A stretch of 64,000 nt of DNA from the NCBI GenBank assembly GCA_963789395.1, contig CAWBKP010000009.1, forward strand, positions 32,001 through 96,000, given 5' to 3'. Shown here piece after piece: positions 19,304 through 30,111 of this stretch; positions within the stretch are counted from its first letter, which is position 1; each line of letters starts with the position of its first letter. The position numbers and the translations under genes were made by a program. Under the pieces are notes generated by a model. The model saw only the letters and a program-made list of their open reading frames with translations. It was not told the origin of the DNA and searched no databases. The DNA comes from an uncultured delta proteobacterium (GTDB lineage Bacteria > Desulfobacterota > Desulfobacteria > Desulfobacterales > Desulfatirhabdiaceae).

Positions 19304-20224
19304 ATGGTTGAAAAAACGCCCTGGCTGGATGTCTTGACCTATACCCTGCTGATTCTGGGAATCGGCATTGTCGGATTTCCCATTTTCTACACCATTGTTG
19401 CGGCTACGCTCCCGCTTGAGGAAGTGGCCAGGATTCCCATGCCGCTTATTCCCGGCGATCAGCTTCTGGTCAATTTAAAAACAGCCTGGATCAAAGGCAA
19501 TCTGGGCATCCAGATGTGGAATTCTTTTGTCATGGCGGCAGGCATTACCGTCGGAAAGATTTCCGTTTCCATGCTGGCGGCTTTTGCCATTGTCTATTTT
19601 GATTTTCGCTTCCGGAAAATCGCCTTCGTGTCGGTTTTCTGCACCCTGATGCTGCCTGTAGAGGTCCGGATTCTGCCCACTTACGAAGTGACAGCCAATA
19701 TCTTCGGCCCGATTCAGCGGATACTGGAAGTGTTTCATGTGGATACGCTCATCGGATTTTTCACGGGGAGCCGGTATCGTATCTCCATAGAGCTCAGCCT
19801 GCTGGACAGTTATGCCGGCCTTATTCTTCCCCTGGTCGCCTCTGCAACCGCCACGTTTCTGTTTCGCCAGTTTTACCTGACGGTTCCGGAAGAACTCTGC
19901 GAAGCCGCCAAAATCGACGGGGCATCGCCCATGAAGTTTTTTACAAAGATTCTGCTCCCGCTTTCCAAAACCAATATTGCCGCCTTGATCGTTATTGATT
20001 TTGTCTATGGCTGGAACCAGTATCTCTGGCCCCTGTTGATCACCACCAACCCGAGGATGTCCACAGCTGTTATCGGGCTAAAACGCCTGATCCCCCAGAT
20101 GGATGATCTTCCCACCTGGAACGTGGCTTTGGCCGGAGCCCTTCTGGTCATGCTGCCGCCGGTTCTGGTCGTGCTTTTCATGCAGCGGTGGTTTGTCAAA
20201 GGCCTGGTGGATACCGAAAAATAA
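19304..20224 (+). CDS. ugpE: sn-glycerol-3-phosphate ABC transporter permease
   Basis: TLMLPVEVRILPTY, ASATATFLFRQF, YGWNQYLWPL, WFVKGLVDTEK. Confidence 0.92.
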   Translation: MVEKTPWLDVLTYTLLILGIGIVGFPIFYTIVAATLPLEEVARIPMPLIPGDQLLVNLKTAWIKGNLGIQMWNSFVMAAGITVGKISVSMLAAFAIVYFDFRFRKIAFVSVFCTLMLPVEVRILPTYEVTANIFGPIQRILEVFHVDTLIGFFTGSRYRISIELSLLDSYAGLILPLVASATATFLFRQFYLTVPEELCEAAKIDGASPMKFFTKILLPLSKTNIAALIVIDFVYGWNQYLWPLLITTNPRMSTAVIGLKRLIPQMDDLPTWNVALAGALLVMLPPVLVVLFMQRWFVKGLVDTEK

Positions 20225-20256
20225 AGAGCGCCTGAATGGGTAGTCTGTTCAGGAAA

Positions 20257-20387
20257 AATCCTGAATATCGAAATCCGAAACAACTTCCAATACCAAAACG
20301 GCTAAAATTTTCCGAACGGAAACACCCTGTTTTGAACATTATGATTTTGGTCAGTGTTTCGAATTTCGTGCTTCGGATTTCGAATTT
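20257..20387. repeat. Palindromic heptamer-based intergenic element, copy 2
   Basis: AATCCTGAATATCGAAATCCGAAACAACTTC ... GTTTCGAATTTCGTGCTTCGGATTTCGAATTT. Confidence 0.8.
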
Positions 20388-20404
20388 ATAATTGAAGGAT
20401 TGAC

Positions 20405-21439
20405 ATGAATTTAAATTTTCAAAATGTGCTGGTCACCGGCGCTGCCGGATTTATCGGCTATCACCTCTCGCTGCGGCTCCTGAATTCAGGGTGCCGCGTG
20501 GCGGGTATCGACAACATGAACCCCTATTATGATGTCGGCCTCAAGCAGTCCAGACTGGATCAGCTGCTGGCGTTTGACAAGTTTTCGTTTCATCAGGAAG
20601 ATCTTTCGGATCGAGGCGGCCTGGAATCCGTTTTTCACAAGCATCAGCCTTTTGACGTGGTGGTGAACCTGGCGGCCCAGGCAGGCGTCCGGTATTCCCT
20701 CACCAACCCCCATGCGTACGTGGATTCCAATATCGTCGGATTCGTAAATCTTCTGGAATGCTGCCGTTACAATCAGGTGAAACATCTCGTGTTCGCCTCT
20801 TCCAGTTCCGTATACGGGGCCAACACCCTGATGCCGTTTTCAGTGCATCACAACGTGGACCATCCGGTTTCGCTGTATGCCGCCACCAAAAAGGCCAATG
20901 AACTGATGGCGCACACATACAGCCACCTTTACAACATGCACTGCACGGGGCTGAGGTTTTTCACGGTCTACGGTCCCTGGGGAAGACCCGATATGGCCCT
21001 GTTTCTCTTTGTCCGGGCAATCCTTGAAGACAACCCCATTCAGGTCTTCAATCACGGCAAAATGAATCGGGATTTTACCTACATAGACGATATCATCGAG
21101 GGTGTTTTCCGGATCATGGGAAAACCACCACAACCCAATCCTTCCTGGACCGGAGATCGTCCGGATCCCGGAACATCCTATGCACCTTACAAAATTTACA
21201 ATATCGGGAACAACAACCCGGTGGAATTATCAACTTTTATCGAAATCATTGAAAAAAATCTCGGAAAGACCGCCCGCAAAAACTATATGGATCTTCAGCC
21301 GGGAGATGTGGTGTCCACATATGCCGATATCGACGATCTGATTGCGGATGTGGGTTTCAAACCCCAGACGCCGCTTGCAACCGGTATCGAAAAGTTCATT
21401 GCCTGGTACAGGCAGTATTATGCAAAATCACCGGCATAA
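20405..21439 (+). CDS. NAD-dependent epimerase (UDP-glucuronate 4-epimerase-like)
   Basis: TGAAGFIG, LAAQAGVRYS, SLYAATKKANE, RFFTVYGPWGRPDMA. Confidence 0.92.
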   Translation: MNLNFQNVLVTGAAGFIGYHLSLRLLNSGCRVAGIDNMNPYYDVGLKQSRLDQLLAFDKFSFHQEDLSDRGGLESVFHKHQPFDVVVNLAAQAGVRYSLTNPHAYVDSNIVGFVNLLECCRYNQVKHLVFASSSSVYGANTLMPFSVHHNVDHPVSLYAATKKANELMAHTYSHLYNMHCTGLRFFTVYGPWGRPDMALFLFVRAILEDNPIQVFNHGKMNRDFTYIDDIIEGVFRIMGKPPQPNPSWTGDRPDPGTSYAPYKIYNIGNNNPVELSTFIEIIEKNLGKTARKNYMDLQPGDVVSTYADIDDLIADVGFKPQTPLATGIEKFIAWYRQYYAKSPA

Positions 21440-21451
21440 TGGGAGCCTCTC

Positions 21452-21489
21452 GGGTTACAGGCTATGAGCCCTTCGCCCATAACCCTTTC
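21452..21489 (+). terminator. Hairpin downstream of the epimerase
   Basis: GGGTTACAGGC...GCCCATAACCC followed by TTT. Confidence 0.45.
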
Positions 21490-21500
21490 CAACAAATTTC

Positions 21501-21529
21501 TTGACATCACTATTATCATGATATAAAAA
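21501..21529 (+). promoter_or_regulatory. Putative sigma70 promoter of rho
   Basis: TTGACA followed by TGATATAAAAAT. Confidence 0.5.
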
Positions 21530-21848
21530 TGGGATATAAAGTCTTAACGTCCGCCATTTGGAGTGAATACCTTAACCAATTCTTCAATCATATAATCTCA
21601 GAAATCCCTTTATTCCTCCATATCCAGCAAACACCGAACCATCTTTCACCCTTTGCATTTCAACCGTGCATCAGGTTCCTGAAGGAAGGTCCGGTAAAAA
21701 TTGATATTCTCGTTCCGATATTTATTGCGTTGTGTGTTATCTGACGCACACGAATGTGAATAGTTTGATCATTTCCACATCTACCCCCGGTACAACACAG
21801 CGGAACTGAAACGACAGGCGGGTAAGAAAACAACGGGGTATTGCATTA

Positions 21849-23096
21849 ATGAACATAGCCGAACTTAAAGACAAGAGAATCAGCGAATTGGCCCAGATGG
21901 CCAAAGACTATAATATTCACGGGGCCGCCGGACTGCGCAAACAGGAGCTTATTTTTGCCCTGCTCCAGACTCAGTTTGAAAAAAACGGCCAGATTTATGG
22001 TGAAGGAACGCTTGAAATCCTTCCGGACGGGTTTGGGTTTTTACGCGCACCCAACTACAATTATCTGCCGGGGCCGGACGATATTTACGTTTCCCCTTCT
22101 CAGATACGCCGATTTAATCTGAGAACCGGTGACACCATCTCCGGACAAATCCGTCAGCCCAAGGAAACCGAGCGGTATTTTGCGCTTCTGAAAGTAGAGG
22201 CCGTCAATTACGAAGATCCGGAAGTGGCGCGCGACAAGATTCTATTTGACAATCTCACCCCCTTGTACCCGAACCGGAAAATGAATATTGAAGGCGCCGC
22301 GGACAATTATTCCACGCGCATCATGGACTTGATGATTCCCATCGGTTTTGGTCAAAGAGGGCTGATCGTATCCCCGCCGCGATCCGGCAAGACCATGCTC
22401 CTTCAAAACATCGCCAACAGCATCATCGGCAGCCACAAGGATGTCATTCCCTTTGTGCTCCTCATCGATGAGCGGCCTGAAGAAGTTACCGACATGGAAC
22501 GATCGGTCAATGCAGAGGTCATCAGCTCTACCTTTGACGAGCCGGCCGAACGCCATGTTCAGGTGGCGGAAATGGTCATCGAAAAAGCCAAGCGACTGGT
22601 TGAACATAAAAAAGATGTGGTTATACTTCTGGACAGCGTCACGCGGCTTGCCCGCGCCTATAACTCGGTGATGCCGCCCAGTGGAAAAATTCTATCCGGC
22701 GGCGTGGACTCAAACGCGCTTCAGCGTCCCAAACGGTTTTTCGGAGCCGCGCGTAATATCGAGGAAGGCGGCAGCCTGACCATCATCGCAACGGCGCTGA
22801 TCGACACCGGCAGCCGAATGGATGAAGTCATTTTTGAGGAATTCAAGGGAACCGGCAATATGGAAATTCAGCTTGACAGAAGACTTGCCGACAAGCGGGT
22901 ATTTCCGGCAATCGACATCAAGAAATCCGGTACCCGGAAAGAAGAGCTTCTTTTGGATGAAGAGACATTGAACCGCGTCTGGATTCTGCGAAAACTGCTC
23001 TCTTCCTTAAATCCTGTGGACAGCCTTGAATTTTTACTTGAAAAAATGAGCGGAACAAAGAATAATAAGGACTTTTTAAATTCCATGAATGCGTGA
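21849..23096 (+). CDS. rho: Transcription termination factor Rho
   Basis: [48 protein letters not shown]. Confidence 0.99.
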   Translation: MNIAELKDKRISELAQMAKDYNIHGAAGLRKQELIFALLQTQFEKNGQIYGEGTLEILPDGFGFLRAPNYNYLPGPDDIYVSPSQIRRFNLRTGDTISGQIRQPKETERYFALLKVEAVNYEDPEVARDKILFDNLTPLYPNRKMNIEGAADNYSTRIMDLMIPIGFGQRGLIVSPPRSGKTMLLQNIANSIIGSHKDVIPFVLLIDERPEEVTDMERSVNAEVISSTFDEPAERHVQVAEMVIEKAKRLVEHKKDVVILLDSVTRLARAYNSVMPPSGKILSGGVDSNALQRPKRFFGAARNIEEGGSLTIIATALIDTGSRMDEVIFEEFKGTGNMEIQLDRRLADKRVFPAIDIKKSGTRKEELLLDEETLNRVWILRKLLSSLNPVDSLEFLLEKMSGTKNNKDFLNSMNA

Positions 23097-23146
23097 TGCA
23101 GACGGGAAATGATACTAACCACCAATACAGGGAGTTCACCAGAGTA

Positions 23147-23353
23147 ATGAAAGCATCGATTCATCCGCCTTATGAACAAACGGTCATCAAATGCGCCTGT
23201 GGCAACAATTTTCAAGTTGGATCCACAAAGCCAGATATTCATGTGGAAATCTGTTCCAAATGCCATCCGTTTTTTACCGGAAAACAAAAACTGGTGGATA
23301 CGGCCGGCCGGATCGAACGGTTCCGTAAGAAATATGAGAAATTTCAAAAATAG
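23147..23353 (+). CDS. rpmE: 50S ribosomal protein L31 (zinc-ribbon type)
   Basis: IHPPY...CACG...[26 protein letters not shown]. Confidence 0.97.
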   Translation: MKASIHPPYEQTVIKCACGNNFQVGSTKPDIHVEICSKCHPFFTGKQKLVDTAGRIERFRKKYEKFQK

Positions 23354-23446
23354 AGGCTGAAGACCGAAGGCTCAAAGGCTTAAAGACAAGGAACGGCATA
23401 AAGTCCCCTTGACTCTTTTTGCGGTTGGCCTTTGGCCTGAACTGTT

Positions 23447-24532
23447 ATGTTTGACAAGTTAAAAGGCGTTGAAAAGCGATTTCTGGAGGTCGAAAAGCTT
23501 CTATCAGACCCGAAAACCGTGCAGGATCGAGAACTCTACCAGAAATATGCCCAAGAGCATGCAGACCTGAACAAGGTTGTCGCTGCCTACCGTGATTACA
23601 AGCGGATCATTGAAGACCTTGACAACAGCCACGAGATGTTACAGGACAGTGATCCGGACATCAAAGAAATGGCCCGCGATGAAATCGAGACGTTGACCCT
23701 CGAAAAAGAACAGCTCGATTCTCAGATCAAACGGCTTCTAGTCCCCAAAAACCCCAATGACGACAAAAACATCATACTGGAAATCCGGGCAGGAACCGGC
23801 GGCGAGGAAGCCGGCCTTTTTGCCGGAGATCTGTTTCGCATGTACTCGCGATATGCTGAAAAACGCGGCTGGAAAGTCGAGGTGATGACCCATCACACGA
23901 CAGGCGTTGGCGGTTTAAAGGAAATTGTTGCCATGGTGCATGGCAACGGCGCATACAGTGCGTTCAAATATGAAAGCGGCACCCATCGCGTTCAGCGTGT
24001 TCCCACAACGGAAACACAGGGCCGCATCCATACCTCCGCGGTTACCGTTGCCGTACTTCCGGAAGCAGAGGACGTCGAAGTCCACATCGACCCCACGGAA
24101 ATCAAATTTGACGTGTTTCGCTCATCAGGTCCCGGCGGTCAGTCCGTCAATACAACCGATTCAGCCGTACGGGTTACCCATCTGTCAACCGGCCTGGTGG
24201 TCACCTGCCAGGACGAAAAATCCCAGTGGAAAAACAAAGCCAAGGCCCTGACCGTTTTAAGAGCCAGACTTCTGGATAAAATGGTCAGCGAACAGGATGA
24301 GAAACGCTCCCTGGATCGTAAAAGCCAGGTGGGAACCGGAGACCGAAGCGGCAGAATCCGGACCTATAATTTTCCGCAGGGCCGCATGACGGATCACCGC
24401 ATCGGACTGACGCTTTACAAACTGGAAGCCATTCTTCAAGGCGACATTGATGAAATCATCGATCAGCTAACCGCTTATTACCAGGCCCAGGCTTTACAGA
24501 ATGCAGACTCCTCCCGGCCCCAGGGAAGCTGA
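23447..24532 (+). CDS. prfA: Peptide chain release factor 1
   Basis: [21 protein letters not shown] (PxT), GGQ motif, RTYNFPQGR. Confidence 0.98.
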   Translation: MFDKLKGVEKRFLEVEKLLSDPKTVQDRELYQKYAQEHADLNKVVAAYRDYKRIIEDLDNSHEMLQDSDPDIKEMARDEIETLTLEKEQLDSQIKRLLVPKNPNDDKNIILEIRAGTGGEEAGLFAGDLFRMYSRYAEKRGWKVEVMTHHTTGVGGLKEIVAMVHGNGAYSAFKYESGTHRVQRVPTTETQGRIHTSAVTVAVLPEAEDVEVHIDPTEIKFDVFRSSGPGGQSVNTTDSAVRVTHLSTGLVVTCQDEKSQWKNKAKALTVLRARLLDKMVSEQDEKRSLDRKSQVGTGDRSGRIRTYNFPQGRMTDHRIGLTLYKLEAILQGDIDEIIDQLTAYYQAQALQNADSSRPQGS

Positions 24533-25406
24533 GTGGACCATCCTGACACTGCTCAAGTGGGCAACAGGATATTTCACCACTCACGGCATTGACAGCCCCC
24601 GGGCAACCGCCGAAATTCTCCTTGCCACCCTCCTGAATCTGAAACGGATCGATTTATACCTCAGGTACGACCAGCCCCTATTAAAAAGCGAGCTATCCGA
24701 ATTCAAGTCCCTGATCAAGCGACGGGTCAACAGAGAACCGGTGGCTTATATCATCGGCAAAAAAGAATTCTGGTCTCTGGATCTTGAGGTCAACCCGAAT
24801 GTTCTTATCCCGAGGCCGGATACCGAAACCCTTGTAGAGGCCGCCTTAAGCTGCCTCAGACCTGAAAACGCTTTTCCGGATTCGGCCGGGCAGGTTCTGG
24901 AACTGGGTACCGGGTCAGGCGCCATTGTGCTTGCCCTGGCATCCGAGAGGCCCGCATACCGCTATGTTGCAACGGATATCTCGCTAAAAGCCCTTGGCAT
25001 CGCACAGAAAAACGCCAGACGCCTCAAACTGGATTCCGCCGTTTCGTTTGTCGCCGGCAACTGGCTGGATCAGTTTTCCTGTGATAAGCCAGTTTTTGAC
25101 ATGATTCTATCGAATCCGCCATATATTCCCTCTGATGACATCCCCGGTCTTCAGCCGGAGGTCAACCGTTTTGAGCCCCTGCTGGCTCTGGACGGCCGAT
25201 CCGACGGTCTTCACGCCATTCGACAGATTATTTTCTCAGCGCACCCGTTTCTGAAACCCCGAGGGGTTCTTTTGCTTGAAATAGGCTTTGATCAAAGGGA
25301 TGCCGTGAGCCGGCTGATTCAAGATTACGGCCATTATCCTTCTTTTCAATTCAGAAAAGACGATGCCGGACACGATCGCGTTGTTCTGATGCATAAAAGC
25401 GGATGA
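24501..25406 (+). CDS. prmC: Release factor glutamine methyltransferase
   Basis: [29 protein letters not shown]. Confidence 0.96.
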   Translation: MQTPPGPREAEWTILTLLKWATGYFTTHGIDSPRATAEILLATLLNLKRIDLYLRYDQPLLKSELSEFKSLIKRRVNREPVAYIIGKKEFWSLDLEVNPNVLIPRPDTETLVEAALSCLRPENAFPDSAGQVLELGTGSGAIVLALASERPAYRYVATDISLKALGIAQKNARRLKLDSAVSFVAGNWLDQFSCDKPVFDMILSNPPYIPSDDIPGLQPEVNRFEPLLALDGRSDGLHAIRQIIFSAHPFLKPRGVLLLEIGFDQRDAVSRLIQDYGHYPSFQFRKDDAGHDRVVLMHKSG

Positions 25407-25487
25407 TTCCAGACGCTTTATATAAATTAATCAGTTTTTAATTGTGAAAACAGAAATAATTTGGTACAAAAAGAAGATTTAAAATAA

Positions 25488-25572
25488 TTCGCACGCTCTC
25501 TGACCGGATTTTCGGTGCTTTCATGGAAAGTGACAATCCGGGGTGAAGGGAGCGGAGGCAAAACCAACAAAG
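25488..25572 (+). ncRNA. rpsB 5' leader (t44 / S2 autoregulatory structure)
   Basis: CGCACGCTC...CCGGATT...CGGTGC...AATCCGG...GAGCGGAGGCAAAACC nested stems directly upstream of rpsB. Confidence 0.75.
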
Positions 25573-25582
25573 GAGAAACAAC

Positions 25583-26464
25583 ATGGCTTACGTTACTATG
25601 AAAGAACTGCTTGAAGCCGGAGTTCATTTCGGTCATCAGACCAAACGCTGGAATCCGAAGATGAAACCGTTTATCTTTGGCGCAAGAAACGGAATTTACA
25701 TCATTGATCTGCAAAAAACCGTGCGCATGTTCAGGGACGTTTATGATTTTGTAGTGGATACGGTCGCAAACGGCAAATCCGTCCTGTTTGTCGGCACAAA
25801 GAAACAGGCCAAGGAAACTATTTACGAAGAAGCCAGCCGATGTGAAATGTATTATATTCACAACCGGTGGCTGGGCGGCATGCTGACCAATTTCCAGACG
25901 ATCAAAAAAAGCATCGACCGGTTAAATACCTTGAATTCCATTGAAACTGACGGATCCATCAACCTCTACCCGAAAAAAGAGCGCCAGCAACTGGGAAAAG
26001 AACGCGTGAAACTGGACAGCATTCTGGGCGGTATCCGCACCATGTCACGCCTTCCCGGCGCCATCTTTATCGTGGACTCCAAAAATGAAGCCATCGCCGT
26101 CCGAGAAGGACGAAGGCTGCGCATACCCATCATCGCAATCGCGGATACCAACTGCGATCCGGACGAAATTGATTACCTGATACCGGGAAATGATGACGCG
26201 ATCCGGTCCATTCGCCTGCTTACTTCCAAAATCGCCGATGCCTGCATCGAAGGCCAGCAGCGCTATGCCGAGAAAAAACAGGCCGATTCGGACAAAGCCA
26301 TTGACGAATCCGAGATGGTCCCGGCCGGTGCGGATCTGAAAACCGGCGAACGCAAAGTGATTTCCGATGGCGCGGATGGCCCGGTCATTGAAATCATCAA
26401 GAAGGCATCATCCAAATATGATGCAATCGACGAAGAAGAGAGCGACGACGACAGTGACGTTTGA
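25583..26464 (+). CDS. rpsB: 30S ribosomal protein S2
   Basis: [39 protein letters not shown]; acidic C-terminal extension. Confidence 0.99.
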   Translation: MAYVTMKELLEAGVHFGHQTKRWNPKMKPFIFGARNGIYIIDLQKTVRMFRDVYDFVVDTVANGKSVLFVGTKKQAKETIYEEASRCEMYYIHNRWLGGMLTNFQTIKKSIDRLNTLNSIETDGSINLYPKKERQQLGKERVKLDSILGGIRTMSRLPGAIFIVDSKNEAIAVREGRRLRIPIIAIADTNCDPDEIDYLIPGNDDAIRSIRLLTSKIADACIEGQQRYAEKKQADSDKAIDESEMVPAGADLKTGERKVISDGADGPVIEIIKKASSKYDAIDEEESDDDSDV

Positions 26465-26545
26465 TGCTGTCAGGATTGAACCATATAAGAAAAAAACATC
26501 CCCTTTGGGGGATTCAGCGAATAAGCTGTAAGGAGAATACGCATC

Positions 26546-27142
26546 ATGACCACCATTAGTGCATCGACTGTTAAAGAGCTGCGGGACAAAACCGCCGCCG
26601 GAATGATGGATTGCAAGGAAGCGCTGAAACAAAGCGACGGGGATATCAATAAGGCCATTGATTTTCTCAGAAAAAAAGGGCTGGCAACCGCCGCCAAAAG
26701 GGCCGGCAGAGCCATGTCCGAAGGCACCATTCAAACCTATATTCATACCGGCGGCAAACTTGGCGTCATGGTTGAAGTCAACTGTGAAACCGATTTTGTA
26801 GCCAAAAATGAAGACTTCGTCCAGTTTGCCCGAAATATCGCCATGCACATTGCAGCCACCAATCCCGTCTCCATTTCCCAGCAGGATGTCCCCCCGGAAG
26901 TGGTTGAAAAAGAAATGGAGATTTATCGGGAGCAGATCCGAGCCTTGGGCAAACCCGAGCAAATGATCGAAAAGATTGCAGAGGGCAAACTGAGCAAATT
27001 CTATAAAGAAAGCTGTTTGCTCAATCAGGGATATGTCCGCGACCCCAACATCTCCGTTTCCGATCTGATCAACGAACAGATTGCCAAAATCGGCGAGAAT
27101 ATTACCATCAAACGTTTTGTCAGATTCCAGGTAGGAGAATAA
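26546..27142 (+). CDS. tsf: Elongation factor Ts (short form)
   Basis: [19 protein letters not shown] and [10 protein letters not shown] motifs. Confidence 0.98.
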   Translation: MTTISASTVKELRDKTAAGMMDCKEALKQSDGDINKAIDFLRKKGLATAAKRAGRAMSEGTIQTYIHTGGKLGVMVEVNCETDFVAKNEDFVQFARNIAMHIAATNPVSISQQDVPPEVVEKEMEIYREQIRALGKPEQMIEKIAEGKLSKFYKESCLLNQGYVRDPNISVSDLINEQIAKIGENITIKRFVRFQVGE

Positions 27143-27146
27143 CTCC

Positions 27147-27863
27147 TTGAAACAGCCGCTCTACAAACGGATCCTTCTCAAGCTCAGTGGCGAAGCCCTG
27201 ATGGGAAACCAGGGTTTCGGCATTGATCCGGACATGATCAAATACGTAGCGGATGAAATCCGCTCCGTGATTGACATCGGCGTTCAGATCGCCATCGTGG
27301 TCGGCGGCGGCAATATTTTCCGGGGAATCGCCGCAAGTTCCTTCGGCATGGACCGGACCTCGGCCGACCACATGGGAATGCTGGCTACGGTTATCAACAG
27401 CATTGCCCTTCAGGATGCTCTGGAGCGCAAAGGAGTTGTGACACGGGTTCAGACCGCCATCTCCATGCATGAGGTAGCCGAACCGTTCATTGTACGAAGA
27501 GCGGTTCGCCACCTTGAAAAAGGACGGGCTGTGATTTTTGCCGCCGGAACCGGCAGTCCGTATTTCACCACAGATACCGCCGCTGCCTTGCGGGCACAGG
27601 AGATCCACGCCGAAATTCTCTTAAAAGCGACCAAGGTTGACGGAATCTATGACGCCGACCCGGTCAAGAACAAGGAGGCCCGGTTTATCAAAACGATCAG
27701 CTATATGGAAGTGCTGGAACGCCAGTTGAAAGTCATGGATATGACGGCGATTTCACTGGCGATGGATAACCAGTTGCCACTGGCAGTATTCAATCTCCAC
27801 AGCCCGGGAAATATCCGAAAGGTTGTCTGCGGAGTAGATGTGGGTACCCGGATCTGCAACTGA
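27147..27863 (+). CDS. pyrH: UMP kinase
   Basis: [30 protein letters not shown]. Confidence 0.98.
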   Translation: MKQPLYKRILLKLSGEALMGNQGFGIDPDMIKYVADEIRSVIDIGVQIAIVVGGGNIFRGIAASSFGMDRTSADHMGMLATVINSIALQDALERKGVVTRVQTAISMHEVAEPFIVRRAVRHLEKGRAVIFAAGTGSPYFTTDTAAALRAQEIHAEILLKATKVDGIYDADPVKNKEARFIKTISYMEVLERQLKVMDMTAISLAMDNQLPLAVFNLHSPGNIRKVVCGVDVGTRICN

Positions 27864-27943
27864 ATGCCGCCGGGGATAGATACCCGGCTGTTTGTGAAAA
27901 TGACTTCTGTTTTTCCGATTCCTGATAATAAAAGGTGGACCCC

Positions 27944-28501
27944 ATGATTGAATCCATTTATCAAGAAACCAAAGATGCAATGAACAAATCCCTGGCTGCT
28001 TTGAAAAACGAGTTCAAACGGGTTCGTACCGGACGGGCTTCGCTGTCGATCCTGGATGGTATCCGGGTGGATTATTACGGCACCCTGACGCAACTCAGCC
28101 AGATGGCCTCTCTTTCTGTTCCGGAAAGCCGCCTCATTACGATTCAACCCTGGGATGCGTCGATCATCAAGGAAATTGAAAAAGCCATTCTGAAATCCGA
28201 TTTGGGTCTGACACCATCCAATGACGGAAAAATCATTCGCATCGCCATTCCTCCCCTGACAGCGGACCGGCGGAAAAGTCTGGTAAAGGTTATCCATAAA
28301 ATGAGCGAAGAGCACAAGGTGGCTATCCGCAATATCCGCAGGGATTCCAATGAACTGATCAAAGGCTTGAAAAAAGACGGAGAGATCTCTGAAGACGAGG
28401 CATTCAAAGGCCAGGATCAAATCCAGAAGATCACCGACGATTACATTAAACAGCTTGACGCCATCTATGGCGAAAAAGAGAAAGAAATCCTTGAATTCTA
28501 A
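27944..28501 (+). CDS. frr: Ribosome recycling factor
   Basis: VRTGRAS, VDYYG, LGLTPSNDG, AIRNIRRD. Confidence 0.98.
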   Translation: MIESIYQETKDAMNKSLAALKNEFKRVRTGRASLSILDGIRVDYYGTLTQLSQMASLSVPESRLITIQPWDASIIKEIEKAILKSDLGLTPSNDGKIIRIAIPPLTADRRKSLVKVIHKMSEEHKVAIRNIRRDSNELIKGLKKDGEISEDEAFKGQDQIQKITDDYIKQLDAIYGEKEKEILEF

Positions 28502-29246
28502 ACTGCCGCCCGTTGAGGTCGTTGCAGCGGAAAAAGGGATTGACCTTCACCATCTACCTGCCCATGTAGCCATTATCATGGATGGCAACGGCCGCTGGGC
28601 CAGACAGCGCCTGCTTAACCGGATCCACGGACATGAAAAAGGCGCGGAGACGGTGCGAACCATTGTTACCGCCAGCCGGGAAATCGGCATTCCCACATTA
28701 ACCCTGTATGCGTTTTCCACGGAAAACTGGCAGCGGTCCGCAATGGAAGTGACTGCCCTGATGTCGCTTTTAAAAAAATTTCTTGTGTCTGAAAAACCCG
28801 TCATGATGAACACTGGCATCCGGCTGAATGCCATCGGACAGGTTGAGCGTCTCCCCGAGGATGTACAGGACGTCCTGCTGCAGACCATCGCTGCCACCCG
28901 CCACAATCCGGGAATGGTGTTGAATCTGGCGCTCAGTTATGGCGCCCGGTCGGAAATTGTTCGCATGGCCCGGATGCTGGCGGAAAAAGCCAAGGCCGGC
29001 AGCCTGGATCCCCATTCCATTACCGAAGAAACCGTTGCCGCTCACCTGTACACGCATAACCTTCCGGATCCGGATTTACTGATTCGAACCAGCGGCGAAA
29101 TGCGGGTCAGCAATTTTCTTCTCTGGCAGATCGCCTATTCGGAACTTCATATCACCAGCACCCTGTGGCCTGATTTTTCACGGAACGAATATCTGGATAT
29201 CCTGAAAGGCTATCAGCAGCGCGAACGCAGATTCGGAAACGCATGA
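28491..29246 (+). CDS. uppS: Undecaprenyl diphosphate synthase (start uncertain)
   Basis: HVAIIMDGNGRWA, YAFSTENW, PDLLIRTSGEMRVSNFLLWQ. Confidence 0.96.
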   Translation: MNSKLPPVEVVAAEKGIDLHHLPAHVAIIMDGNGRWARQRLLNRIHGHEKGAETVRTIVTASREIGIPTLTLYAFSTENWQRSAMEVTALMSLLKKFLVSEKPVMMNTGIRLNAIGQVERLPEDVQDVLLQTIAATRHNPGMVLNLALSYGARSEIVRMARMLAEKAKAGSLDPHSITEETVAAHLYTHNLPDPDLLIRTSGEMRVSNFLLWQIAYSELHITSTLWPDFSRNEYLDILKGYQQRERRFGNA

Positions 29247-30070
29247 CCCTTTCTTCTCACACCAAACGCTGGCTGACAGGCCTCAGTGCACTTCCGGTCC
29301 TGATTTTCTGGCTTGGTTGGGGCAGCCCCCTGATGTTTTGTCTGCTGATCGCACTGGTCTGTCTGCTGTCGCTGCGAGAATATTATCACATGATGTTCGG
29401 CGCAAATGGCAATGACGTGAACCCGCAACTGACCATTTTAGGGTATACCACCGGGCTGTCCATCCCCTTTGCGGCATATTCGCATTCAGCGGCGTTCATT
29501 CTGGTTATCATCACCCTGAATTTTCTTTTATGCAGCCTTTTCTCATTACACCGTTACAAAACCGATCCCTCCATTGTGGATGCGGTTGCCGTGCAGATTC
29601 AAGGAACGGTGTATATTCCGGTTCTGATTTGCAGTTTGATCCAAATTCGCGGTACGGATCAAACGGGTGTTCTGTGGATTTTTTTTCTTCTGGCAATTGT
29701 TTTTGCTGGAGATATCGGGGCGTATTATGCGGGTTCGTACCTGGGCCGCCATAAACTCTGTCCGTCGGTCAGCCCCAATAAAACCATCGAAGGCTCAATC
29801 GGCGGACTCTGCGCAAACCTGTTAACGGGCGGAGTCATCAAGGCCTTGTTTCTCCCGACGCTTTCCTGGACAGCATGCTTGCTCATGTTTCTGCTCGTCG
29901 GCGCAGCCGGACAGATCGGCGATCTGTTTGAATCCGTCTTGAAACGTTCGGTTCATATCAAGGATTCCGGAACATTATTGCCCGGTCACGGCGGGATACT
30001 GGACAGGATAGATGCGCTGCTCTTCGCCTCACCGGTTGCACTTATTTTCAAAGAATATATTCTTAAATAA
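29243..30070 (+). CDS. cdsA: Phosphatidate cytidylyltransferase
   Basis: SPNKTIEG, GDLFESVLKR, KDSGTLLPGHGGILDRID. Confidence 0.96.
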   Translation: MTLSSHTKRWLTGLSALPVLIFWLGWGSPLMFCLLIALVCLLSLREYYHMMFGANGNDVNPQLTILGYTTGLSIPFAAYSHSAAFILVIITLNFLLCSLFSLHRYKTDPSIVDAVAVQIQGTVYIPVLICSLIQIRGTDQTGVLWIFFLLAIVFAGDIGAYYAGSYLGRHKLCPSVSPNKTIEGSIGGLCANLLTGGVIKALFLPTLSWTACLLMFLLVGAAGQIGDLFESVLKRSVHIKDSGTLLPGHGGILDRIDALLFASPVALIFKEYILK

Positions 30071-30098
30071 GGGGACAGGGTGCCCTGCCCCTCTTTTT
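30071..30098 (+). terminator. Intrinsic terminator-like hairpin between cdsA and dxr
   Basis: GGGGACAGGG-TG-CCCTGCCCC followed by TCTTTTT. Confidence 0.55.
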
Positions 30099-30111
30099 CA
30101 GTGGGCGTAAT

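Noticed and set aside
23447..24532. Programmed frameshift in the release factor
   Set aside because: This is RF1 (PxT motif) with a continuous ORF; the programmed shift belongs to prfB.
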